Below, one piece after another: positions 28,544 through 37,900 of a DNA stretch of 64,000 nt (position 1 is its first letter; every line of letters starts with the position of its first letter). Made by a program: the position numbers and the translations under genes. Under the pieces are notes generated by a model. The model ran no database searches, was not told where the DNA came from, and saw nothing but the letters and a program-made list of their open reading frames with translations. The DNA lies in contig NZ_DASSYD010000207.1 in assembly GCF_035703485.1 (NCBI RefSeq), positions 8,126 to 72,125 of the forward strand, in the 5' to 3' direction. This DNA is from Dokdonella sp. (GTDB taxonomy: Bacteria; Pseudomonadota; Gammaproteobacteria; Xanthomonadales; Rhodanobacteraceae).

Positions 28544-29563
28544 TCAGACCAGCTCTGCGCCTTCGAGCTCACGTTTCAGGTAGGCGAAATAGATCGGTGC
28601 GGCAACGACACCGGCGAGGCCAAACGCCGCCTCCATGACCAGCATGGCAATCAGCAACTGCCAGGCGCGGGCCCGGATTTGCCCGCCGATGATGCGCGCG
28701 TTGAGGAAGTATTCGAGCTTGTGGATGATGACGAGGAAGGTCAGCGCGGCGACGGCGACCCATAGCGATACCGACAGACCGATAACGAAGATCAGCGTGT
28801 TTGAGATGAGGTTGCCAATGACCGGCAGCAGGCCGCAGATGAAGGTCGCAAGTACCAATGTCTTGGCCAGCGGCAGGTTGACCCCGAACAACGGCAGCAC
28901 GATGAGCAGGAAAATCCCCGTGAACAGGGTGTTCAGGGCGGAAATCTTGACCTGCGCAAAAACGATGTCGCGAAACGCCGTGGCCAGATTCAGGCAGCGC
29001 TTGTTCAGCACCTCGGTGAGTGGCTGACCCGGTTGACGAGCAAGAGCGTTTTGCAAGGCAAGCATGGCGCCAAGGATCATGCCGATGAGCAGATGCACGA
29101 TGACTCGTGCGGCGTTGGTTCCGGCGACCTGCAGCTGCGCGGCATGTTCACGCAGCCACTCCATGACTGCCGCGCGGATCTGTTCGGAGTTGTCCGGAAG
29201 ATGATTGACAACGAAGGCCGGGAGCTGGGCTCTGGCGCGCTCGACAACCGGTGCCAGGCGCTCGAACAACTGCATGGGATTGCCATGTTCAGAGCCGAGG
29301 TAGGCAACACTGGCAACAATGGCAAGGGTCAGCAGACCAACCACGATCGCGCCGAGCAAGGCGACCACAAGCCAATGCGCGCGAGCACCCGGCAGATGAC
29401 GCTGCAATGAGGGCGCCAACGCGTTGACCACGGCAAACACCAGCAAGCCGCTGATCAGGACCGGCAGCAGGTGCAGATGCAGGATCAACAGGAGGGCAAT
29501 GGCAGCCATCAAATAGCTGACCTGGACGAGTCGCGGAGAGGGAATCGTTGGCGAGAGCGGCAT
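28544..29563 (-). CDS. AI-2E family (PerM/YhhT-like) transporter
   Basis: 339-aa polytopic protein with ...LNTLFTGIFLLIVLPLFG... and ...FGLAGVVAAPIYFAYLK, typical of the family. Confidence 0.8.
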   Translation of the reverse strand: MPLSPTIPSPRLVQVSYLMAAIALLLILHLHLLPVLISGLLVFAVVNALAPSLQRHLPGARAHWLVVALLGAIVVGLLTLAIVASVAYLGSEHGNPMQLFERLAPVVERARAQLPAFVVNHLPDNSEQIRAAVMEWLREHAAQLQVAGTNAARVIVHLLIGMILGAMLALQNALARQPGQPLTEVLNKRCLNLATAFRDIVFAQVKISALNTLFTGIFLLIVLPLFGVNLPLAKTLVLATFICGLLPVIGNLISNTLIFVIGLSVSLWVAVAALTFLVIIHKLEYFLNARIIGGQIRARAWQLLIAMLVMEAAFGLAGVVAAPIYFAYLKRELEGAELV

Positions 29564-29715
29564 GGCGGTCGACGTCGTTGGACGGCGCGCAGTCTGTCAG
29601 GCGCGGCCTGTCATTGCCAGTCCGATGGGGCACGTGCGTGAAGTAGACTTCGGTGACCCATTTTCAGACAACGTTGTCTTGATCCTTCAATCTCAGACCG
29701 ACGCGGAGCCTCTGC

Positions 29716-30633
29716 ATGTCCCGACTCATCCCCTTTTCCCTGCTCGCAAGCCTTCTGCTCAGTGCCTGCAGCGCACCGACAACCCGCCCGGATTCAACGA
29801 GCGCCAGTCAGCCGGGCTCGCAACCCGCCGCGGCCGCATCAGTCCAATCAACGCCGGCACCGAACGACAACCTCAACGCGGTCGCGTGGACGCAAACGGC
29901 GGTCGAGCGCGATCTGATCTATCGACAGACCTACCGCATGGCTGCTGACGAACTGGATGCAGCGCTGGCCGATCCAACCTGGGAAGCGCTGCCGAAAGGA
30001 GAGCGGAAAACGCCCGTGGCCGACCCGACCCGGACCGCGGTCATTCTCGATATCGACGAAACCGTGCTCGACAACTCACCCTATCAGGCGCGTCTTGTCA
30101 TCAATGGCACCAGTTTCAACAAGGACACCTGGGCCGAATGGTGCCGCGAGATAAACGCCGCGGCGATTCCCGGAGCACTCGAATTTACCCGACTGGCCGC
30201 GAGCAAGGGCGTCACCGTGTTCTATCTGTCGAACCGGCCCAATGACCTTGAAGACGTGACTTTGGCCAACTTGCGCAAACTCGATTTTCCGATTGCGGAC
30301 AACGAGCAGGTTTTTCTCGGCAAGGGCATGACGGTCTCCGGTTGCGTCGAGAAAGGCAGCGCCAAAAGCTGCCGCCGCGAGCTGATTTCGCGCAAATACC
30401 GGGTGTTGCTGCAGATCGGCGACCAGCTCGGCGATCTTGTTGATGAAGGGGAAAACACGCCGCAGGCGCGTGCCCAGGCGATTGCGCCCTATCTCGACTG
30501 GATCGGCCAGCGCTGGTTCGTGCTGCCGAACCCGACCTACGGGCACTGGGAGCCAGCACTGTTCAACAACGACTGGAGCCAGCCCGAAGCCGAGCGCCGA
30601 CGTGCCAAAGAGGCCTCATTGCGCTTGAATTAG
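29716..30633 (+). CDS. Lipoprotein e(P4)-family 5'-nucleotidase / class C acid phosphatase (HAD IIIB)
   Basis: Lipobox LLLSAC, HAD motif I AVILDIDETVLDNSPYQA, and a late GDQLGD motif. Confidence 0.85.
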   Translation: MSRLIPFSLLASLLLSACSAPTTRPDSTSASQPGSQPAAAASVQSTPAPNDNLNAVAWTQTAVERDLIYRQTYRMAADELDAALADPTWEALPKGERKTPVADPTRTAVILDIDETVLDNSPYQARLVINGTSFNKDTWAEWCREINAAAIPGALEFTRLAASKGVTVFYLSNRPNDLEDVTLANLRKLDFPIADNEQVFLGKGMTVSGCVEKGSAKSCRRELISRKYRVLLQIGDQLGDLVDEGENTPQARAQAIAPYLDWIGQRWFVLPNPTYGHWEPALFNNDWSQPEAERRRAKEASLRLN

Positions 30634-30971
30634 AAATATTTTTCCTTTCAATATCAACATGATATCTGATGCAAGTTAAGGCATTGCATTAACCTTGTTC
30701 ACTGGTTACCATGCGCATGCCGTCTTCCTCGTGTTGCCCCACTCGGAAAGCGCTTCATCAACGCACAGAACGACGTATCAGTTCCCCCTCCGGCGATGCC
30801 GGATTCGACCCGGATGGTATCCATCCGGGTTTTCTTTTGCGCAGAATCCAGGCTGGTCAGGACTATTCATGAATGATCCGGGCCAGGGCCCGTAAACAGT
30901 GTGAAGTCGATTGAGCATTTCCTTCTCCCGCCAACGGGAGGAGCACCGAGTTGATACATTTTGGGGCCGGA

Positions 30972-32078
30972 TCAGAAATACGGGATCGGTGGCGGCATTC
31001 CGTCGACCGATACGCCCCGGCGACCGAGTTCGGCGCGCGCCTGGCCTGCCGAGTCTCCGCCGGCAAGCATTTCAGCACGCAGTGCGAGCAGATCGAATCC
31101 GACCTCTCGCGCCCGTGTCGCAACGCGGGCAAGTGCAGACTCCTTGCCGGAGTTGCGCACCGAGGCTCGCAACAGATCGACACGCAGGGTCAGCAAGGCA
31201 TCGGGATTGCTGCCAAGCTCGCTCTCCAACTCGTCGAGCAGACGCTCGGCCTGCTCGATGTGGCTCTGGGCCGACAACACACCGGCCAGAAGCACACCCG
31301 CCTGCAATCCGGCGTGCGGATCGTTCGCCTTGAGCATGGCCCGGCGCAGCTCGCGAGCGGATTGTTCGGCGGCGCCGAGATGGCCCCGGCGCGCCGCCAG
31401 TTCGGCCAGATCAAGCTCGCTCATGCGCGCCCATTCGTCGAGACCGGCCTGCTCGCGCAATTGTTTCGCCAGTCGAAATCCGGTATCTGCAGACTCGTTC
31501 GCGCCGCGCAATGCCGCTTCACGGGCGCGCGCCGTCTCGATAGCGGCACGCCGCGAGGCCGGCACTTGTTCATTGAGCTCGGAAAGCAGGCTCCCCGCGC
31601 CGTCCAGATCGGCGCGAAGCAGCAACAATTCACCAAGACTGGCGACGACCTGCAGCCGATTGTCCTCGGCACCAATGGCAGCCCGGACTCGATTTCCTGT
31701 GCAGGCATCGCATCGACAATGCCAGCTGTCGATGCGGTTTCATCCAACACCTGCGGCTGGACGAGAAAACGGTAGCCGAGCTTGTGCTTGGTTTCGATAT
31801 AGGGCAACGCTGATCAAGTGGCCCTAGGTCGAATTGCGTGCGGAATCGCCGAGCGCCTGGCGCAGCTCGCGGATCGATTGAGAAACCACACCTACACTGA
31901 CCGCCTGACGTCCCCAGACATTGTCGAGCAGTTCCTCGTGTCCGATCAGGCGCTGCGGATTTTCAAGCAAATGGCGAAGCACCTGCACCGTGATCGGGCG
32001 CAGCGCAATTTCGCCCTCCGCGCCACTGAGGCGCGCGTTGTGCGCATCGAAACTGAATTGATCGAATTGGTAATGCAT
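30972..32078 (-). pseudogene. Disrupted winged-helix (OmpR/CadC-type) + TPR-like transcriptional regulator
   Basis: Three minus-strand frames each carry part of one protein. 32078-31824 gives MHYQFDQFSFDAHNARLSGAEGEIALRPITVQVLRHLLENP...IRELRQALGDSARNST*. 31807 onward gives PYIETKHKLGYRFLVQPQV (the rest of the wHTH wing). A third frame gives AAIGAEDNRLQVVASLGELLLLRADLDGAGSLL... down to 30972. One junction coincides with a MITE-end footprint. Confidence 0.6.
31801..31823 (+). repeat. Solo MITE terminal-repeat footprint inside the regulator pseudogene
   Basis: agggcaacgctgatcaagtggcc compared with the element end aaggcaacgctgatcaagtggcg (21/23 identical). Confidence 0.65.
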
Positions 32079-32192
32079 GACTGGAGTCTACCCGGCATTT
32101 GCGGCACTACCACTCTGAATAATGACCGGCATACTGGAAGCAGACTGGGCGCGATAGAATGCATCAGCCACATACAACGGAGCCGCTTGCGG

Positions 32193-32858
32193 ATGTTGAC
32201 CCTTCCTGACCAGCCACTACTCGACAAGATCGCCCTGATTGGCGGTTGTGCGCGACTTGATTTCGGTTTCGATGCCGAGCGTGCGCTTTCCGAGATCACG
32301 GCACTGCCGGATTCCAGTTGGGGCAGTCGTGCCGGTCGAGTCGGCGTTCACGACCCGGCCCAGGCGATCTTTCTGCGTGGTCATGCGCCGGCCCAGGGTG
32401 ATCTACCTGTCGAGGATCGCGACGAACTTGCGCAGCTTCCATATCTGCGTGAGTTGATCAAAGAGGTAATTCCCGCGCCAGCGCTTCGTTGCGTGCTGGC
32501 CCAGTTGTCGGCGGGCGGAATCATCGCACCGCATATTGATCAGGGTGAGTATTTCAGCAAGACCATCCGCCTGCACTTTCCGATCACCACCAACGAAAAT
32601 GTCTGGATGAACTGTGCCGGGCTTAGCTACCAGATGCATTCTGGTGAGATCTGGGCACTCAATAACAGCATTGGTCACGGCGTGATCAATGCTGATGCGA
32701 GCCGCGCGCGCTTGCACATGATCTGTGATTTTCTGAGCAGCGCGGAGCTGGTGGAGATACTTGCGCGCGCTGATCGAGGCCTTGGCAGGCCCAATCCTGC
32801 GATCAAGGCCCGCCTGATCGAAGCACAGCACCAGGCCCAGCAAGCTGGCAAGCTGTGA
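32193..32858 (+). CDS. Aspartyl/asparaginyl beta-hydroxylase-family 2OG/Fe(II) oxygenase (LpxO/ASPH-type cupin), 221 aa
   Basis: Start trimmed to MLTLPDQPLLDKI, because the upstream part of the track ORF overlaps the wHTH on the other strand. HxD in IIAPHIDQGEY, distal His in NSIGHGVIN, and the cupin core IRLHFPITTNENVWMNCAG...GEIWALNN. Confidence 0.75.
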   Translation: MLTLPDQPLLDKIALIGGCARLDFGFDAERALSEITALPDSSWGSRAGRVGVHDPAQAIFLRGHAPAQGDLPVEDRDELAQLPYLRELIKEVIPAPALRCVLAQLSAGGIIAPHIDQGEYFSKTIRLHFPITTNENVWMNCAGLSYQMHSGEIWALNNSIGHGVINADASRARLHMICDFLSSAELVEILARADRGLGRPNPAIKARLIEAQHQAQQAGKL

Positions 32859-33550
32859 TCATCACCGACAAACTCGTCTATGTGCACCTGCACAAGTCGG
32901 GCGGCACGTTTGTCAACGAATGCCTGATGCGCTTCATTCCTGGCGCAAGAATGCTCGGATATCACCTGCCGAGCAGCATGATTCCGGACAATCTCGGTCA
33001 CCTTCCGCTGCTCGGTTTCGTGCGCAGCCCCTGGAGTTACTACGTGTCCTGGTATGCGTTCCAGTCACAGATGACATACCCGAATGTACTGTTTCGCGTT
33101 GTCAGCAAAGACCGGGCACTGGATTTCCATGGGACGCTGCGCAATCTGCTTGACCTTGGCAGCGACAACGACATGCTCGACAAACTCGTTGCGTTGCTGC
33201 CAAAGACTTACGGCAACCAGGGCTTGAATCTGCCCGGCTTCGCGCTGGAACCGATTCGTGGCAGTGGCAAAGGTCTGTACAGCTATCTCTACGGCTACAT
33301 GTACGGCGAAAGGGAAGCTGAGGCACTCGTGGGTCGCGTGGAAAATCTGCGCACCGACCTGCTTGGCTTTCTTGCCAGCATCGAGGGTGCGTTGTCACCG
33401 CCACTGCGCACATTCATCGAGCAGGCGGAAGCACGAAACACCTCGCGCCATGATGCGTTTCGCGATTACTACAACAAGGAAATGGCCGCGCTCGTTACCG
33501 AACGCGACCAGTCGGTCGTCGAAAAATTCGACTATCGTTTCGAAGACTGA
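32855..33550 (+). CDS. Sulfotransferase family protein (Sulfotransfer_2-like), 231 aa
   Basis: 5'-PSB-like loop VHLHKSGGTFV and 3'-PB-like FVRSPWSYYVSWY. GTG start overlaps the hydroxylase stop (GTGA). Confidence 0.7.
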   Translation: MIITDKLVYVHLHKSGGTFVNECLMRFIPGARMLGYHLPSSMIPDNLGHLPLLGFVRSPWSYYVSWYAFQSQMTYPNVLFRVVSKDRALDFHGTLRNLLDLGSDNDMLDKLVALLPKTYGNQGLNLPGFALEPIRGSGKGLYSYLYGYMYGEREAEALVGRVENLRTDLLGFLASIEGALSPPLRTFIEQAEARNTSRHDAFRDYYNKEMAALVTERDQSVVEKFDYRFED

Positions 33551-33564
33551 GGTCGAGCCAGGTC

Positions 33565-33850
33565 AAGGCAACGCTGATCAAGTGGCGCAATCGTCACGAC
33601 ACCTGTCTGCGTGCAGATCGCGGCGCGCTGACGCAGATGGACTGGCCGTCCTTCAAGCCAGCGCAACAAGGAGCTGCGCGCAGACAGGTGTCGCCTAACC
33701 GATTGGTTTTGTTGAAACAGGTGACACTCAGAAGACCCACCAACCGCACCGCGCGTCTGGTCAAGGCAACCTGCCTTCACTTCGCCACGCAGCACGGCCG
33801 GTGCGCTTTCTGAATGCCATGACGGTTGGGCCACTTGATCAGCGTTGCTT
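33565..33850 (+). mobile_element. MITE-like element, copy 2 (286 bp; same orientation as copy 1, with an extra internal block of about 60 bp)
   Basis: Same ends as copy 1: aaggcaacgctgatcaagtggc ... gccacttgatcagcgttgc-tt. The internal segments align with 26223-26444 by eye. Confidence 0.75.
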
Positions 33851-33858
33851 AAGACGCA

Positions 33859-34452
33859 CTATTTTTTGGCCTTTGCTTTTGGACGCTTTTCCGGCTTCGC
33901 CGGCTCACCTTTTCGACCAAGCTCTTCAAGCAGGCTGCTCATGTCTTCGGCATGCTCTTCCTCGACTTCGAGAATCTCCTCCATGAGCCGCCGAGTGGTT
34001 GTATCGGCGCTGCCCAGATAGTCGACGATTTCCCGATAGCTGTCGATGGCGATGCGCTCGGCGACGAGATTTTCCTTGATCATGTCGACCAGATCGTCAC
34101 CTTCGACGTAATCGGAGTGGCTGCGTGTGAGCAAGCCTTCTGGCGAAAGGTTTGGCGCGCCACCCAGCTGGGTAATCCGCTCGGCAATGCGATCAGCGTG
34201 GCTCTGCTCCTCGTTGGCGTGCGCGAGAAACTCGGCAGCGACGCTTTGCGCGTTGATGCCCGATGCCATGTAGTAGTGATACTTGTACCGAAGAACACAA
34301 ACGATCTCGGTCGCGAGTGCCTCATTGAGAACCCGAATGACCGTTTCGCGATCGGCGTCGTAGCCAGCGGTGACGGCGCCACGCTCGATATGTTCGCGGG
34401 CCCGCTTGCGGATATTCTTGATGTCGGAGACGAAGGGTTTGCGTATGGCCAT
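33859..34452 (-). CDS. Ferritin-like (bacterioferritin/Dps-like) protein with a lysine-rich C-terminal tail
   Basis: Start trimmed to MAIRKPFVSD (AAGGAG RBS). Di-iron-type motifs are LNEALATEIVCVLRYKYHY, HANEEQSHADRIAERI, ERIAIDSYRE and EEILEVEEEHAEDM. The tail is GRKGEPAKPEKRPKAKAKK. Confidence 0.8.
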   Translation of the reverse strand: MAIRKPFVSDIKNIRKRAREHIERGAVTAGYDADRETVIRVLNEALATEIVCVLRYKYHYYMASGINAQSVAAEFLAHANEEQSHADRIAERITQLGGAPNLSPEGLLTRSHSDYVEGDDLVDMIKENLVAERIAIDSYREIVDYLGSADTTTRRLMEEILEVEEEHAEDMSSLLEELGRKGEPAKPEKRPKAKAKK

Positions 34453-34582
34453 GGGGACTGCTCCTTGAATCGCTGCGGATGGATCGCCGATCCGGGCGGA
34501 AATCATTCCGTTGCGGTTCTCGGCGGGAAGTCACCAGTCCATTGTGCTGAAACCCATGCATCCCCGGCTGAATGAGATTTCC

Positions 34583-36475
34583 TCAGCCGCTGAACACCAA
34601 CTCCGCACGCGCTCTGGTCGCCTCGATCAATGGCAGTACGGCCTCGATTTCTCGCTCGTGACGACGCCACTTCTCCGGTGCGGGTGCCGAAACCGTATGC
34701 TGCGAATGTGGAAGGTTGGCTCCGAGTTCTACATCCCAGCCGAGCCCCAGCTCACTGCACAAACGCCTGCATTCAGATTGTGGGTCGGCCAGGAAGCGGT
34801 CGTAGCGAACGGTGTGAATCCGCTCACTGGGCACGTTGGCCAACTCATCGAGCAACGTTCGGGTTGTTGTCTCCCATTGCCGCGCGACGATCTCGGGCAG
34901 CGGCCGGCCGATCAGCTCCCGCCAACCCGGCACCAGCAACAATGACCATGGCGTGCCGGTCCAGCCCGGAAGTCTCGGATAGGTGCGATATTTCCCCGAG
35001 TTCCAGGCCTCGATCATGCTGGAAAGCACTTCGCGTGGATCGCGATACAGATAGACGAAATGCGCCTCCGGAAAAACTTTGCGCAAAAATGGAATGCGCA
35101 ATGCATTCCTCGGGGTCTTTTCGAGCAGACGAATGCGTCCCGCTGGTGGACGTTTACCCTCTCGATCGTGCAACGCTGTATCGAAACGCCCACGTAGTCG
35201 AGCGACCACGTCCTGCGTTGCGGCAGCTGCGTCAAGTGCGTTCGAGGCGAATCCACGAGCCACAGGATGCAACTCGTTCATACCTTCGATTTGAACATGG
35301 CTTTCGCCACCGACGGTGTAGAGATCCGGTGCACGTAGCAGGGTTTCAAAAAGCAGAGTCGAGCCGGAACGAGGCGATGAAAGGATGATGACCGGTCGAT
35401 CAAAGCGCGAGTCAACATCAGAACCTGATTCGGAGGATTCGATGCGCGGGCCATTCGACGAAGGCGGAGACTTTGCCTGATCCGGTGCAGTCGCGAAAGC
35501 ATCGGGCCCTTTGTCGGCATTGGCCCCCAATTCGCGATTCACACGACCGATCAAGGCCCCTTCGAAGATCATCGCGCGGAACGCCGCGAAGAAGCGAAAG
35601 CTGTTCTTGAGCAGCAATCCATCGCTCAATCCATGCATTTCTATCGCGAATTCCTTGAGTACTGCATGGTACTCAGGCCAACCCTCTTCGCGGATGCCGT
35701 AACGCGCCCACAAGCCGAGCCAGACGCCATTGAATTGTGCACAGCGCGACTGCATCACAGCCATGTTTGGAGTGTGAGTCGCTTCGGAGAGCAGAAAGTT
35801 GAGAGTATCGCGAAGCTCCCACGGCGTAATTACGTCGCCTAGATTCTCCGACTCGTAGATTATTTCGACCTCTTTTTCTGGATCAAATGAAACCTGCTTC
35901 GGAGACCATCCTGGAGCAGCGTGTCCTTCTACGCGCCCCTGGTTGGTGTGCTCCCAGAAACGCTGGCTGCCAACCGTATCGGCAACCAGATGAATGCGTT
36001 GGGCAGGGTTCGCATTGATGACCCGATGCGCACGCCAGGTATCGAAGATCCAGCACTCGCCCTCGGCCATATTGACCTCGGCGTCGCCGCACTGGAAGCG
36101 TACCGTTGGCTGGGTCTGGATCGGCACATGCACGCGTACCCGTTCACGCCAGTAGTAGGCGAAGTCCGCATGTCGGGGAACCTCGGCGTGGCCCGACAGT
36201 CGCATCAGCCGACTGCGCCCCCATACAGCGCCAAGGCTGGCCAGCACCTGGCGCAAGTAAGGACAGGCATCCAGATGTGGCGTTGGCCGCATTGGCCCGG
36301 AAATCGAATCACTGGATGGATCGCCATTCACCGCGATCAAGGGCAAAGCCGAGTTGCCGGCATAACCCTGCGGATGCGGCCGCCATACGCTTTCACCGAG
36401 CTTCTCGATCTCGGCAAGCAATCGCGGCGCATCAAAACTCAGGGGCAATTGGACGAACGGAACTTGAAGTTTCAT
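34583..36475 (-). CDS. Fusion protein: N-terminal Asp/Asn beta-hydroxylase-family cupin + central unknown region + C-terminal sulfotransferase (Sulfotransfer_3-like), 630 aa
   Basis: N-terminus: ...LSGHAEVPRHADFAYYWRERVRVHVPIQTQPTVRFQCGDAEVNMAEGECWIFDTWRAHRVIN (HxD...H cupin). C-terminus: VIILSSPRSGSTLLFETL (5'-PSB), YLYRDPREVLSSMIEAW (3'-PB). Start trimmed to MKLQVPFVQLP. Confidence 0.75.
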   Translation of the reverse strand: MKLQVPFVQLPLSFDAPRLLAEIEKLGESVWRPHPQGYAGNSALPLIAVNGDPSSDSISGPMRPTPHLDACPYLRQVLASLGAVWGRSRLMRLSGHAEVPRHADFAYYWRERVRVHVPIQTQPTVRFQCGDAEVNMAEGECWIFDTWRAHRVINANPAQRIHLVADTVGSQRFWEHTNQGRVEGHAAPGWSPKQVSFDPEKEVEIIYESENLGDVITPWELRDTLNFLLSEATHTPNMAVMQSRCAQFNGVWLGLWARYGIREEGWPEYHAVLKEFAIEMHGLSDGLLLKNSFRFFAAFRAMIFEGALIGRVNRELGANADKGPDAFATAPDQAKSPPSSNGPRIESSESGSDVDSRFDRPVIILSSPRSGSTLLFETLLRAPDLYTVGGESHVQIEGMNELHPVARGFASNALDAAAATQDVVARLRGRFDTALHDREGKRPPAGRIRLLEKTPRNALRIPFLRKVFPEAHFVYLYRDPREVLSSMIEAWNSGKYRTYPRLPGWTGTPWSLLLVPGWRELIGRPLPEIVARQWETTTRTLLDELANVPSERIHTVRYDRFLADPQSECRRLCSELGLGWDVELGANLPHSQHTVSAPAPEKWRRHEREIEAVLPLIEATRARAELVFSG

Positions 36476-36973
36476 GGGTCCATTATCGCACTTTAGGCAA
36501 GGCGGAACCAGAAACGTCGGGTCTGTTTCCACGCTCCCTAAGTACATCTTCTCGACTGTTCGCTGATTTGGCTCCTGTTGCGCTGAAACGTTGCAGGGCA
36601 GTAGCCAATTTGCGCCCGCGCCGCTCTTCCGATTGCCGGGTGGCTACTGGTTCCGCGAACAAGTTCGCCTAGACACTGAAGCCGGCAATGACATCCTTGC
36701 CGCAGCAATAGCCAAGATTGAGCCATCGAGCACCGCAACTCAAAAGAAGACTCGAACTCTGAGCCGCTGTGACTTTTTGTGTACCAACTCAAGCGACAAG
36801 TACATCAAGTTATTGGATGCGACGCCGAACCTCCACCTCATCTCTAAGCATAAACAGCAATCGTATATGTTTTTCAATACTACTAATAGTTGTGATTTCG
36901 ATCACATTTTTTATTCTAATACCCATACGATGCAAGTCAACATATTCGACAATATCTGTCTTGAAGGTTTGTC

Positions 36974-37900
36974 ATGATCATGAAACGTACTTCAGCATTT
37001 CTATTGATACTGATAGCACCCCTAGTTTTACTCGCAATTTTCAGCTTGAATTACATGCGTGGAAGCGATGTTGTTCCTGCAAAAATGCCAAACAATGTAC
37101 TTTTTAGTTCGGCAACTTCACGCGAGTTACTTACTCCCATAAACCCAAGGGCTAGCCATCACTTGAGGATGCCGACAGCCCAACGCTCGAACCATCAAAT
37201 CGTGGATGGCCTTCTGCAGCAATTCGAGAGTGGAGATGGCGAGGCGCTAGATGCCAAGCTCGTCGCAGCGCATTTTGCTGACATTCTTCGAAGGCTGAAG
37301 GACGGAGATCCCATTGCCGCACGCCTACTGCATCAAAGCTTGGCAACGTGTAAGGGATCTTACTCTCCCAAGGAACTCAACGATTTGCGCATTTCCGCGA
37401 GCTCGCGGAATGACGAAATAGCCTTGCGCTCCATTGCGGCGATCTCGGCCGCATGCTCACCATTCTCTGGCGAGCAGATCGCCGCGGATTGGGAAATTGT
37501 GAAAGCCGGCATTGATCTAGGGGACGATTCTCTTAAAGTTCAATATTATACGTTGGACCCTGGCGTTCCAAGCTTTGACTCGCGATACTCAAGGAGACTG
37601 GCCGAGTACAACGATGAAGCACTTGCCCACTTGAATCAGGCCGCGAGTGATGGGTTTCCAGACGCCTATTGGGCATTGGGCGACGCGTATATGGAAGGAA
37701 AGATTGTTCCGCGAGACTTCCTGCGCGCGTATGGGTATCAACTCGCGTGGCTCGAAAGCCAGAGAGCCACATTCCTTCCTTCCGAGTGGGAAGCATTCCA
37801 TTCGGCATTGGTAAGGGACTTCGGGACACGTCTGACGGCTGAGCAGCAGTTAGACGCACAGTTTCTGGCTAATCGTTTACTTTCTGGAGATAACTCATGA
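36974..37900 (+). CDS. Membrane-anchored hypothetical protein with at least one Sel1-like repeat
   Basis: N-terminal anchor MIMKRTSAFLLILIAPLVLLAIFSL. AASDGFPDAYWALGDAYMEGKIVPRDFLRAYGY resembles a Sel1/TPR-like repeat. The coding region is AT-rich relative to its neighbours. Confidence 0.45.
   Translation: MIMKRTSAFLLILIAPLVLLAIFSLNYMRGSDVVPAKMPNNVLFSSATSRELLTPINPRASHHLRMPTAQRSNHQIVDGLLQQFESGDGEALDAKLVAAHFADILRRLKDGDPIAARLLHQSLATCKGSYSPKELNDLRISASSRNDEIALRSIAAISAACSPFSGEQIAADWEIVKAGIDLGDDSLKVQYYTLDPGVPSFDSRYSRRLAEYNDEALAHLNQAASDGFPDAYWALGDAYMEGKIVPRDFLRAYGYQLAWLESQRATFLPSEWEAFHSALVRDFGTRLTAEQQLDAQFLANRLLSGDNS

Noticed and set aside
31818-32192. 125-codon N-terminal extension of the stand-alone hydroxylase ORF
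   Set aside because: It is antisense to the clearly recognisable wHTH domain (31824-32078, minus strand). Hydroxylase-family similarity only begins after the Met at 32193.
36591-36977. 128-aa plus-strand ORF ending in an ATGA overlap with the Sel1-like gene
   Set aside because: The composition switches from GC-rich to AT-rich midway, no motif or signal is recognisable, and the region is better explained as the divergent promoter spacer. This is kept as unresolved, not excluded outright.
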